Assembly: GCA_964440545.1 (NCBI GenBank)
Contig: CAYTSO010000001.1
Location: forward strand, 63,827 to 127,826
Length of the DNA: 64,000 bases
DNA from: an uncultured Candidatus Saccharibacteria bacterium
GTDB taxonomy: Bacteria; Patescibacteriota; Minisyncoccia; Phycocordibacterales; UBA9973
Reading direction: 5' to 3'
The notes beneath the pieces were generated by a model that saw nothing but the letters and a program-made list of their open reading frames with translations, was not told the DNA's origin and did no database searches. Numbering within the stretch: position 1 is the stretch's first letter; every line of letters starts with the position of its first letter. Position numbers and translations under genes: made by a program. Shown piece by piece: positions 37,354 to 45,536 of the stretch.

Positions 37354-38856
37354 ATGCGGGACAAAATTTTTTACATAGTTTGCTTCGGGTTTTTATTCGG
37401 AATTTTTTTGCGCTCTTTTATTTTTGTAGATATATATTTGGTCTTTTTGTTTGGAGTAATTGCTTTTGCCTTATTTTTATTTTATTTCTTAATTTCTCTC
37501 GGCCATAGACCTATGGGCGAGGCAAAAAATAATTTAGGAATTTTAATTTCAATTTTCATTCTCGCATTTTCTTTTGGAATCCTTAGATTTCATCTTGTTG
37601 ATGTCCCAGCACCAAGTATTTTTGAGTCAGTCGTAGGACAAAAAATTTCGTTCTTTGGAGAGATTATTGATGAGCCAAATATCAAGGAAAATAATCAGCA
37701 ATTAATTGTTGAAACACAGGAAGAAAATAACAAAACAAAAATTTTAATAACCACAGGTTTAGATACAGACTATAAATATGGCGATGAAATAAATTTTTCC
37801 GGAAAATTAGAAAAACTAGAGAATTTTATTACGGATACCGGGAAGGAATTTGATTACATAAACTATCTTAGGAAGGATGGGATTTTATATGTGATGGGTT
37901 ATCCGAAAATCGAAATTGTCTCGCGTGGAAATGGTAATTTTATAAAAAGTGCACTGTTTAGTGTAAAAGAAAAATTTTTAGAAAAAATGAATTTTGCGAT
38001 AAATGCCCCAGAGAATTTGCTGATGGGTGGGCTAATTTTAGGGGAAAAATCTGCTTTTGATGAATCTATGCGACAAAGTTTTGTGGACACGGGCACAATT
38101 CACATCGTCGCTCTTTCTGGCTACAACGTGACGATTGTGGCGGAATGGATTATGAAACTTTTTAGCTTTCTTCCGCGAAATTTTGGTTTTGGTTTGGGAA
38201 TTTTGGCGATCTTTTTATTTGTGATTATGTCTGGTGGAAGTTCTACAGCTATTCGCGCGGGGATAATGGCGATCTTGGCTCTCATCGCACGGGCGACTGG
38301 GAGAAATTATGATGTAGGGAGGGCTTTAATTCTTGCTGGAGTCTTTATGATATTACTTAATCCATTTTTACTTGTATTTGATGTTTCTTTCCAGCTTTCT
38401 TTTATGGCGACCGTGGCAGTCATATTTTTAGCCCCAAGATTTGAAAAATATTTTATGTGGGTGACGAAAAAATTTGAATTGCGAGACATCGTTTCTGTCA
38501 CTTGCGCCGCTTATGTTTTTGTTTTCCCTTTTATTCTTTACAAAATGGGAAATCTTTCACTGGTTGCTTTGCCGGCCAATGTTTTGATTCTTCCATTTAT
38601 TCCTTTTACCATGATGCTTGGTTTTATCACAGGTTTTGCCGGGCTAATTTGGTATGTTTTTGCTGTGCCGTTTGGTCTTATTTCTTATTTATTTTTACAT
38701 TACGAGCTTGCAGTAGTCAGTTTTTTCTCCCACTTACCTTTTGCGGCATTCTCTTTTCCCAATTTTCCGCTTTGGCTCACGCTAATTATCTACACTTATT
38801 TTATTTATAGATTGTTTGGCAGAAATATAAAAGAATTTTTTATTGTGCGTTTTTAA
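37354..38856 (+). CDS. comEC: ComEC/Rec2 DNA-uptake channel, N-terminal (DUF4131 + competence) portion only
   Basis: Multi-TM; competence-domain signature HIVALSGYNVTIVAEWIM; no MBL domain in this ORF; start ATG 37354 follows rnhA stop. Confidence 0.75.
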   Translation: MRDKIFYIVCFGFLFGIFLRSFIFVDIYLVFLFGVIAFALFLFYFLISLGHRPMGEAKNNLGILISIFILAFSFGILRFHLVDVPAPSIFESVVGQKISFFGEIIDEPNIKENNQQLIVETQEENNKTKILITTGLDTDYKYGDEINFSGKLEKLENFITDTGKEFDYINYLRKDGILYVMGYPKIEIVSRGNGNFIKSALFSVKEKFLEKMNFAINAPENLLMGGLILGEKSAFDESMRQSFVDTGTIHIVALSGYNVTIVAEWIMKLFSFLPRNFGFGLGILAIFLFVIMSGGSSTAIRAGIMAILALIARATGRNYDVGRALILAGVFMILLNPFLLVFDVSFQLSFMATVAVIFLAPRFEKYFMWVTKKFELRDIVSVTCAAYVFVFPFILYKMGNLSLVALPANVLILPFIPFTMMLGFITGFAGLIWYVFAVPFGLISYLFLHYELAVVSFFSHLPFAAFSFPNFPLWLTLIIYTYFIYRLFGRNIKEFFIVRF

Positions 38857-38941
38857 GCCCAGGCACTTATTTAAGTGCCTGGGTAAAATTTTCTTCTATT
38901 GCTTCCTCCTCCTTCGCTAAAGCTTCGGACGGACAAGCAGT

Positions 38942-39535
38942 TTAGGATGTGGCTTCAATAAAGTTTCTCTCAATAATTTCCCAATTGATGTTTTTGAAGA
39001 ATGCGTCAACATATTTTTTCTTTTCGGAAGTTGGATAATCGTAGACGAAAGCGTGTTCCCACATATCAATGCCCAGAATCCACGAAAGCCCGTTTAATTG
39101 TCCCATATGGTGCTCGTCCACCCAGGTGGAGATGAATTGTTTTGTTTGTTTATCCCAATAAAGCACTGCCCAGCCAGGGCCGCGGGTCATTGCGAGTGTT
39201 TTGAAATTGACCAACCATTTTTCAAACGACAGGTCTTTTTCTATTTCTTTTTTAAATTCAGAATTTTCCGGCAATAGTTTGGTTCCACCCTCTATTGATT
39301 TGAAAAAATACTCATGATTACGCATACCATTAAACTCAAAACCGAATCTTCTTTGTAGTTCTCCAATTACATAAGCATTTTTTTCTGGATCAACCATTAA
39401 CTCGGCAATCTTTTCTGAGATTAGGTTCGTGGACTTCACGTATCCTGTGTAGAGTTTTAGGTGTTCCTCAATGTTTTTCTTTGAGATTTCCTTTAGCTCT
39501 CCTATATTAAATTTTATTTCTTCAAATTTTGGCAT
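38942..39535 (-). CDS. sodA: Fe/Mn superoxide dismutase
   Basis: MPKFEEIKF..HLKLYTGYV...; C-terminal metal ligands DMWEHAFVYDY; extended -10 TGtTATAAT 6 nt upstream of ATG 39535. Confidence 0.9.
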   Translation of the reverse strand: MPKFEEIKFNIGELKEISKKNIEEHLKLYTGYVKSTNLISEKIAELMVDPEKNAYVIGELQRRFGFEFNGMRNHEYFFKSIEGGTKLLPENSEFKKEIEKDLSFEKWLVNFKTLAMTRGPGWAVLYWDKQTKQFISTWVDEHHMGQLNGLSWILGIDMWEHAFVYDYPTSEKKKYVDAFFKNINWEIIERNFIEATS

Positions 39536-40419
39536 GGTACTATTATAACATGCCAGAAAAGCAAATATCATCAGGCAAACATCTTTTTATTTTTCTTCTA
39601 TTTCTTTTAGCAGTGGATGTTTCCCTTTTTTATTTTGACTGGCAAGATTCTCATCGGGGTTTTACTTTTGTGATGCTGGACGTTGGCCAAGGCGACGCGT
39701 TTTTTATTGAATCTCCAACAGGCACGCAAGTTATGTTTGACGGAGGTCCGCCACGCAAAGTTTTAGGACCACTGCAAAAAGTGATTTCTCCTTTTGATAA
39801 AAGCATCGATGCTTTAATTATTACCAACCCGGATGCCGATCATATCGGTGGATTTTTGGATATTTTAAAGAATTACAAAGTGGGCGCGGTCTTTGAGTCA
39901 GGAACTTTGACTGATTCAAAAACTTATCAAAGCTTACGGGAAGAAATGAAAAGACAAAACGTTCCAGATATTTTGGCAAAAAGGGGAATGAAGATGGATC
40001 TAGGTGGAGGGGTGTTGATTGATATTTTATTTCCAGATCGTGACGTCGCTGCTTGGGCAACGAACGATGGCTCCGTCGTGGCGCGCTTGAGTTATGGGAA
40101 TACCTCCATAATGCTTACGGGGGATGCTGGAGAAACGGCAGAAAAAATTATCCTTTCGGAAAATTCCCCAGAGCAACTTCAAAGCACTATTTTGAAGGTC
40201 GGGCATCACGGCTCGCGCACTTCTACTATTTCCCAATTCGCAAAAGCCGTTTCCCCAGCTTATTCGTTTATTTCCGTCGGCAAAGATAATAATTATGGCC
40301 ATCCGCACCCAGATGTTGTAAACAGATTGGAACAATTTGGGGCCAAAATTTTCAGAACAGACCTTCTCGGGAGCATAATTTATAAATGTGCTACAATGAA
40401 CAAATGCACGATAAATTAG
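39529..40419 (+). CDS. Membrane-anchored metallo-beta-lactamase-fold protein, ComEC C-terminal-domain-like
   Basis: TM helix then LDVGQGDAFFIESPTGTQVMFDGG...ITNPDADHIGG...KVGHHGSRTS...NNYGHPH (ComEC-type MBL motifs); alternative start ATG 39551. Confidence 0.75.
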   Translation: MAWYYYNMPEKQISSGKHLFIFLLFLLAVDVSLFYFDWQDSHRGFTFVMLDVGQGDAFFIESPTGTQVMFDGGPPRKVLGPLQKVISPFDKSIDALIITNPDADHIGGFLDILKNYKVGAVFESGTLTDSKTYQSLREEMKRQNVPDILAKRGMKMDLGGGVLIDILFPDRDVAAWATNDGSVVARLSYGNTSIMLTGDAGETAEKIILSENSPEQLQSTILKVGHHGSRTSTISQFAKAVSPAYSFISVGKDNNYGHPHPDVVNRLEQFGAKIFRTDLLGSIIYKCATMNKCTIN

Positions 40420-41648
40420 TCGAAAAACTTATCAAAGCGGAAGAAAAAAGACAAAAAGAAGGGTTAGAATTAATTCCTTCGGAAAATTATGTTTCCGAAG
40501 ATGTACTGAAAGCCAATGGTTCTGTTTTTACTAATAAATACTCGGAAGGCTATCCGGGCAGGCGTTATTATGGGGGGCAGGATTTTACTGATGCGGTAGA
40601 ACGTTTAGCCATTGAGCGCGCTTGTAAACTTTTTAAATGTAAATTTGCCAATGTTCAACCGCACTCTGGCGCTCCGGCAAATTTGGCCGTTTATGCGTCG
40701 CTTCTTGAGCCGGGAGACACAGTGCTTGGCATGGACCTTTCGCACGGTGGACACCTGACGCACGGGCATCCATTGACCCTGCCGGCGAAAATTTACAATT
40801 TCGTTCGCTATAAAATGAAGGACACAAAAACTGGTGAAATTGATTATGCCGATCTGCGAAAAGTGGCGCTTGAGAAAAAGCCGAAAATAATCTTAGCAGG
40901 ATTTTCTGCTTATTCACGCACGCTTGATTACAAAAAGTTTGTGAAAATCGCGCGTGAAGTGGGGGCGATAACGGTGGCGGATATGGCGCATATTGCTGGA
41001 CTTATCGCGGCGGGAGTTTTGCATAATCCTTTTGATGATGGTTTCGATATTATCACTTCCACCACACACAAAACCTTGCGCGGTCCGCGCGGAGGAATAA
41101 TTTTGGTACGCGAAAATGAAGAAATCGCGAAGAAAATAGATAAAACCGTTTTTCCGGGAATTCAAGGTGGTCCACATATGCATACCATTGCCGCCAAGGC
41201 CGTGGCTTTTGGCGAAGCATTGAAACCAGCTTTCAAAAAATACGCCAAGCAAATTCTCAAAAACGCGAAAGCGATGGAAAAAGTGTTTCATAAAAATAAT
41301 ATTCGCATGATTGGCGGGGGCACGGATAACCATCTCATCTTAGCTGACGTTTTTGGTTCCTTGGGTGTCACAGGCAAGGAAGCTCAAACGGTGCTCGACG
41401 AAGTAGGAATTACTTTAAATATGAACATGATTGCTGATGATATACGAAAACCGCTTGATCCATCAGGTATTCGCTTCGGCACACCGGCTATCACTACGCG
41501 TGGTTTTAAGGAAAAGGAATGCAAACATGTCGCTGAACTTATGATTAAGGTTTTGAAAAATAAGGATAATAAAAAAATAAAAGAATTTGTGCATAAAGAA
41601 ATTAAAAAATTAGCCAAAAAGTTTCCAATACCAAAAAAATTTGTGTAA
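40404..41648 (+). CDS. glyA: Serine hydroxymethyltransferase
   Basis: ELIPSENYVS, PLP-lysine motif STTHKTLRGPRGG; start MHDKLVEK at 40404 with extended -10 TGcTACAAT 6 nt upstream. Confidence 0.95.
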   Translation: MHDKLVEKLIKAEEKRQKEGLELIPSENYVSEDVLKANGSVFTNKYSEGYPGRRYYGGQDFTDAVERLAIERACKLFKCKFANVQPHSGAPANLAVYASLLEPGDTVLGMDLSHGGHLTHGHPLTLPAKIYNFVRYKMKDTKTGEIDYADLRKVALEKKPKIILAGFSAYSRTLDYKKFVKIAREVGAITVADMAHIAGLIAAGVLHNPFDDGFDIITSTTHKTLRGPRGGIILVRENEEIAKKIDKTVFPGIQGGPHMHTIAAKAVAFGEALKPAFKKYAKQILKNAKAMEKVFHKNNIRMIGGGTDNHLILADVFGSLGVTGKEAQTVLDEVGITLNMNMIADDIRKPLDPSGIRFGTPAITTRGFKEKECKHVAELMIKVLKNKDNKKIKEFVHKEIKKLAKKFPIPKKFV

Positions 41649-41657
41649 AATAAATTT

Positions 41658-42338
41658 ATGAATTTAAAAAATAAAGTTGTAGTTATTACCGGATCATCAA
41701 GAGGACTTGGAAAAGCCCTATCCTCCCAATTTGTAAAGGAAGGATCCAGGGTTGTTATTAGTGATATATCAAAAATAGATCTCAAAAAAACAAGCAAAGA
41801 AATAGGGATAATTAGTTGTCTTGGTGACGTGACAAAAGAGAAAGATATGCAAAAACTTGCTAATTTTACTGTGAAGAAATTTGGAAGAATAGACATCTGG
41901 ATAAATAATGCAGGTGTTGGAGCGGGGCATTTGCCAATTGAAAAAATTAATACCCAACAAGCCCACAAAACCATGGAAGTTAATTTTTTTGGAACTTTTT
42001 TTGGTTCTCGCGCGGCGATGAAGCACATGAAAAAACAAAGGAGCGGAACTATAATAAATATTATATCCATAAGATCTCTTATCCCGAATCCTCTCTCTGC
42101 TGTTTATTCATCCACAAAATGGGCAGTGCGAGGACTAACTGAAGCGCTTCGCATGATTTTAAAATCTCAGCATGTTTCTGTTGTTGCGGTGCATCCAGCA
42201 GCGATGAAGACAAACTTTTTTGGAAAAGTTAAGCCAAAAGGATATAAAAATTACTTGGAGCCAGAGTTTGTAGCAAAAAAAATAATTCAAAATTTGAAAT
42301 TACAAAAACCAAAAGAAGAAATAATAATAAAAAAATAG
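41658..42338 (+). CDS. Short-chain dehydrogenase/reductase (SDR)
   Basis: TGSSRGLGKA Rossmann motif, NNAG, Y-x3-K (YSSTKWAVRG). Confidence 0.8.
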   Translation: MNLKNKVVVITGSSRGLGKALSSQFVKEGSRVVISDISKIDLKKTSKEIGIISCLGDVTKEKDMQKLANFTVKKFGRIDIWINNAGVGAGHLPIEKINTQQAHKTMEVNFFGTFFGSRAAMKHMKKQRSGTIINIISIRSLIPNPLSAVYSSTKWAVRGLTEALRMILKSQHVSVVAVHPAAMKTNFFGKVKPKGYKNYLEPEFVAKKIIQNLKLQKPKEEIIIKK

Positions 42339-42339
42339 T

Positions 42340-43032
42340 ATGGCTAAACGCGGTAAACTCATCGTAATAGACGGGGTAGATGGAAGCGGAAAAAATACTC
42401 AGGCGGATTTACTCATTAAACACCTGCGCCGAGACGGCAAGAAGGTAAAAATATTGGATTTCCCGCGCTACCAGGATAATTTTTTTGGAAAATTCATTGG
42501 TCATTGTCTTTCAGAGCAATATTATAACTGGACACATATTCATCCAAAGATTGCCTCAATAGTTTATGCAGCGGACAGGTGGGAATCGAAAGAACAAATA
42601 GAAAAGTGGCTTAGCGAAGGATATATTGTAATTTTGGATAGATATATTTCTTCTAATCAAATACACCAAGGTGGAAAAATTGTTAATGTAAAAAAACGCG
42701 AAGCCTTTATGAAATGGCTCGCTGAGATGGAATATAAGGTCTTTAAAATACCGATGCCTGATCTAACAATATATTTATCTTTACCAATTGAAGTGGTCTT
42801 GAAATTAATCAAAGAGAGAAATAAAGAAAAGAGCAGGGTTTATCTAAAGGGTAAAAAAGATGCTCACGAGAAAGATAAAAAATTTTTGGAAAATTCTATT
42901 AAAAGTGCGCTGTGGCTCGCGAAGACACAAAAGGGATGGCTCCGAATAAATTGTGAAAACAATAACGAAATACGAACTCGCAAGGATATCCACGAAGAAA
43001 TTTATCATAAACTTAAAAAAGTTTTAAAATAA
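42340..43032 (+). CDS. tmk: Thymidylate-kinase-family (d)NMP kinase
   Basis: P-loop VIDGVDGSGKNTQ, DRY motif (DRYISSNQIHQGG). Confidence 0.6.
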   Translation: MAKRGKLIVIDGVDGSGKNTQADLLIKHLRRDGKKVKILDFPRYQDNFFGKFIGHCLSEQYYNWTHIHPKIASIVYAADRWESKEQIEKWLSEGYIVILDRYISSNQIHQGGKIVNVKKREAFMKWLAEMEYKVFKIPMPDLTIYLSLPIEVVLKLIKERNKEKSRVYLKGKKDAHEKDKKFLENSIKSALWLAKTQKGWLRINCENNNEIRTRKDIHEEIYHKLKKVLK

Positions 43033-43036
43033 AAAT

Positions 43037-43366
43037 ATGGACTTCAAGGAATATCAGAAGAAAGCATTAACCACGGCACTTTACCCGAGAAGGCACAAGG
43101 TTATTTATCCAGCACTTGGGCTTGGTAATGAAGCGGGAGAAGTGTTGGGAAAAATAAAAAAATGGCTTCGCGACGAGGGTGGACGCAGGATGAGTAAAGA
43201 GCGAAAGGAAAAAATAAAAGATGAGCTGGGAGACGTTCTCTGGTATTTAGCGGCGCTCTCGCAAGATCTGGGACTAGAAATGGAGAACATTGCCAAGTTG
43301 AATTTGGATAAATTGAGATCGCGAAAGATTCGAGGAAAATTAAAAGGTGATGGGAATAAAAGATAG
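43037..43366 (+). CDS. MazG-like nucleotide pyrophosphohydrolase domain protein
   Basis: EAGE...ELGDVLWYLAAL all-alpha NTP-PPase signature; 109 aa. Confidence 0.75.
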   Translation: MDFKEYQKKALTTALYPRRHKVIYPALGLGNEAGEVLGKIKKWLRDEGGRRMSKERKEKIKDELGDVLWYLAALSQDLGLEMENIAKLNLDKLRSRKIRGKLKGDGNKR

Positions 43367-45075
43367 TGAAAGAAAAAATAAAAAATTTAATAAAGGATGC
43401 GTTGGATAAACTTGGTGTCGAGGAAGTTGATTTTATTATTGAGCATCCTGATGATTTAAAAAATGGAGATTTCTCTTCGAATGCTGCTATGGTTTGCGCG
43501 AAAAATGCGAAAGCTAATCCAAATGAATTAGCAGAAAAAATTAAATTAGAAGTAGAAAAAAATTTACCTGAGGAAATCAAAAAAGTAGAAGCAGTAGCGG
43601 GTTTTTTGAATTTTTACTTATCACGCAAATATTTTAAGAATAGTATCGAAGAAATATTAAATAAAGGAAAAGAATACGGTAAAAACGAATTGCTCTCTGG
43701 TAAAAAGATAATGGTGGAATATACGGACCCGAATCCTTTTAAGCCTTTTCATATAGGGCATTTAATGACGAATGCTATTGGCGAATCAATAGCGAGAATA
43801 TTAGAACATTCTGGCGCAGAGGTTGCTCGGGCGAATTATCAGGGGGATATTGGATTGCATGTGGCGAAAGCTATTTACGGACTTCTGGATAATGAAAAAT
43901 TGCAAAGCAAAGCAGGGTCTATAAGTTTACAGGCCAGCAATATCGGGCGAGCTTATATGCGAGGCGCTGAGCTTTATGAGACAGACGAAAAAGCAAAAAA
44001 GGAAATTGATGAAATAAATAAAAAACTTTATGCGAGAGACGATGAAAAGATAAATGAAATTTATAAATGGGGCTTCGATGTGACAATGGAAGCATTCGAA
44101 GATATATATAAAATTCTCGGTACGAAATTTGATTTTTATTTCTTGGAGAGCGCGATGGCGGATATTGGAAAAGAAATTGTTGAGGTAAATAAAGACAAGG
44201 TATTTGAAGAATCTGACGGTGCGGTCATTTTTAAAGCCGAAAAGCATGACCCGAAGCTTCATACTCGTGTTTTTGTTACTTCGCAGGGATTGCCGACATA
44301 TGAAGCGAAGGAGCTTGGCTTGGCGGTGGAAAAATTTAGGACCGAGCCAAAAATGGATTTATCCATTACTATTACCGCGAACGAACAAGCGGACTACATG
44401 AAAGTTGTCGGGAAAGCTCTTTCTCTTATTCATCCTGAATTTGAAAATAAAATGAAACACATCACGCATGGCATGATGCGTTTTGTGGGAGGGAAAATGA
44501 GTTCAAGAAAAGGAAATGTGATTACTGGTGAATCACTCATGAACGATGTGCAAGATATGGTTTTAGAAAAAATGACCGATCGGGATTTTCAGCCGGAAGA
44601 ACAAGAAAAAATTGCTAACGAAGTCGGTGTGGCAGCAATAAAATATTCCATATTGAAACAATCAACGGGTGGGGACATTATTTATGATTTTGAAAAATCT
44701 ATTTCTTTTGAGGGCGACTCCGGACCATATCTGCAATATGCTTATACTCGAGCAAATTCTGTCTTAGAAAAAGCGCAGAAGGAAAATATTTTACCAGATT
44801 TTGAAAACGTAACGGAGGAAATTTTTGAATTGGAAAAATTGTTATACAAATTTCCAAAAATTGTGGCTCGCTCTGCTTTTGAATACGAGCCACATCATAT
44901 TGCGAATTATTTGATAGAAATTGCCCGCTCGTTTAATAGTTTTTATGGAAATACTGTTATTGTAAATAAAGACGATCAAAATTCTTCATACAAGGTTGCC
45001 TTAACTTACGCTTTCTCTTTTGTAATGAAAACTGGCTTGCACTTACTTGGCATCGAAGCACCAAGGAAGATGTAA
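43366..45075 (+). CDS. argS: Arginyl-tRNA synthetase
   Basis: N-terminal Arg-tRNA-synt N domain, HIGHLMT (HIGH), KMSSRKGNV, C-terminal DALR anticodon-binding domain. Confidence 0.85.
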   Translation: MKEKIKNLIKDALDKLGVEEVDFIIEHPDDLKNGDFSSNAAMVCAKNAKANPNELAEKIKLEVEKNLPEEIKKVEAVAGFLNFYLSRKYFKNSIEEILNKGKEYGKNELLSGKKIMVEYTDPNPFKPFHIGHLMTNAIGESIARILEHSGAEVARANYQGDIGLHVAKAIYGLLDNEKLQSKAGSISLQASNIGRAYMRGAELYETDEKAKKEIDEINKKLYARDDEKINEIYKWGFDVTMEAFEDIYKILGTKFDFYFLESAMADIGKEIVEVNKDKVFEESDGAVIFKAEKHDPKLHTRVFVTSQGLPTYEAKELGLAVEKFRTEPKMDLSITITANEQADYMKVVGKALSLIHPEFENKMKHITHGMMRFVGGKMSSRKGNVITGESLMNDVQDMVLEKMTDRDFQPEEQEKIANEVGVAAIKYSILKQSTGGDIIYDFEKSISFEGDSGPYLQYAYTRANSVLEKAQKENILPDFENVTEEIFELEKLLYKFPKIVARSAFEYEPHHIANYLIEIARSFNSFYGNTVIVNKDDQNSSYKVALTYAFSFVMKTGLHLLGIEAPRKM

Positions 45076-45094
45076 AATAAATTAAATTTTACTT

Positions 45095-45490
45095 ATGAAA
45101 ATTTTTATAACAGCTAATTTCAAAAATGGAGAGAACAAAGAAGAAATTGAAAATCTTTGCGGGCTTGTAAGGACAGCTGGTTTTGAGGATTTTTGTTTTA
45201 TTCGGGACGTTGAAAATTATCAGAAAATGTTTGATAGTTCCAAGGAGTTAATGCAAAGAGCAAAGGATGAAATCGAAAAATCAGATGCATTATTGGTTGA
45301 TATGACCAATAAACCCACAGGCAGAGCCATTGAGGCCGGAGTTGCTTTTGCGTTGGATAAGAAAATAATTGTTATAGCAAAAAAGGGAACACAAATAAAA
45401 GATACGACCAGGGGAATCGCTGATTTGGTAATAGAATATGATGTAATTAATGATATTGTTCCAGTATTACAAAACTGGTCCCAAAATTGA
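45095..45490 (+). CDS. Nucleoside 2-deoxyribosyltransferase-like fold protein
   Basis: MKIFITANF ... ALLVDMTNKPTGRAIEAGVAFALDKKIIVI resembles the NDT/YtoQ flavodoxin-like family pattern. Confidence 0.4.
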   Translation: MKIFITANFKNGENKEEIENLCGLVRTAGFEDFCFIRDVENYQKMFDSSKELMQRAKDEIEKSDALLVDMTNKPTGRAIEAGVAFALDKKIIVIAKKGTQIKDTTRGIADLVIEYDVINDIVPVLQNWSQN

Positions 45491-45536
45491 TTTTTATTTG
45501 TAAATTCTTAATATTCTATGTTAAAATCAGTCAATT

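Noticed and set aside
41384-42070. 228-aa minus-strand ORF overlapping the SDR gene and glyA 3' end
   Set aside because: Hydrophobic low-complexity translation with no motifs; the plus-strand SDR (TGSSRGLGKA, YxxxK) explains the region
43101-43580. 159-aa minus-strand ORF across mazG/argS junction
   Set aside because: Antisense to two well-supported genes; no promoter or start context
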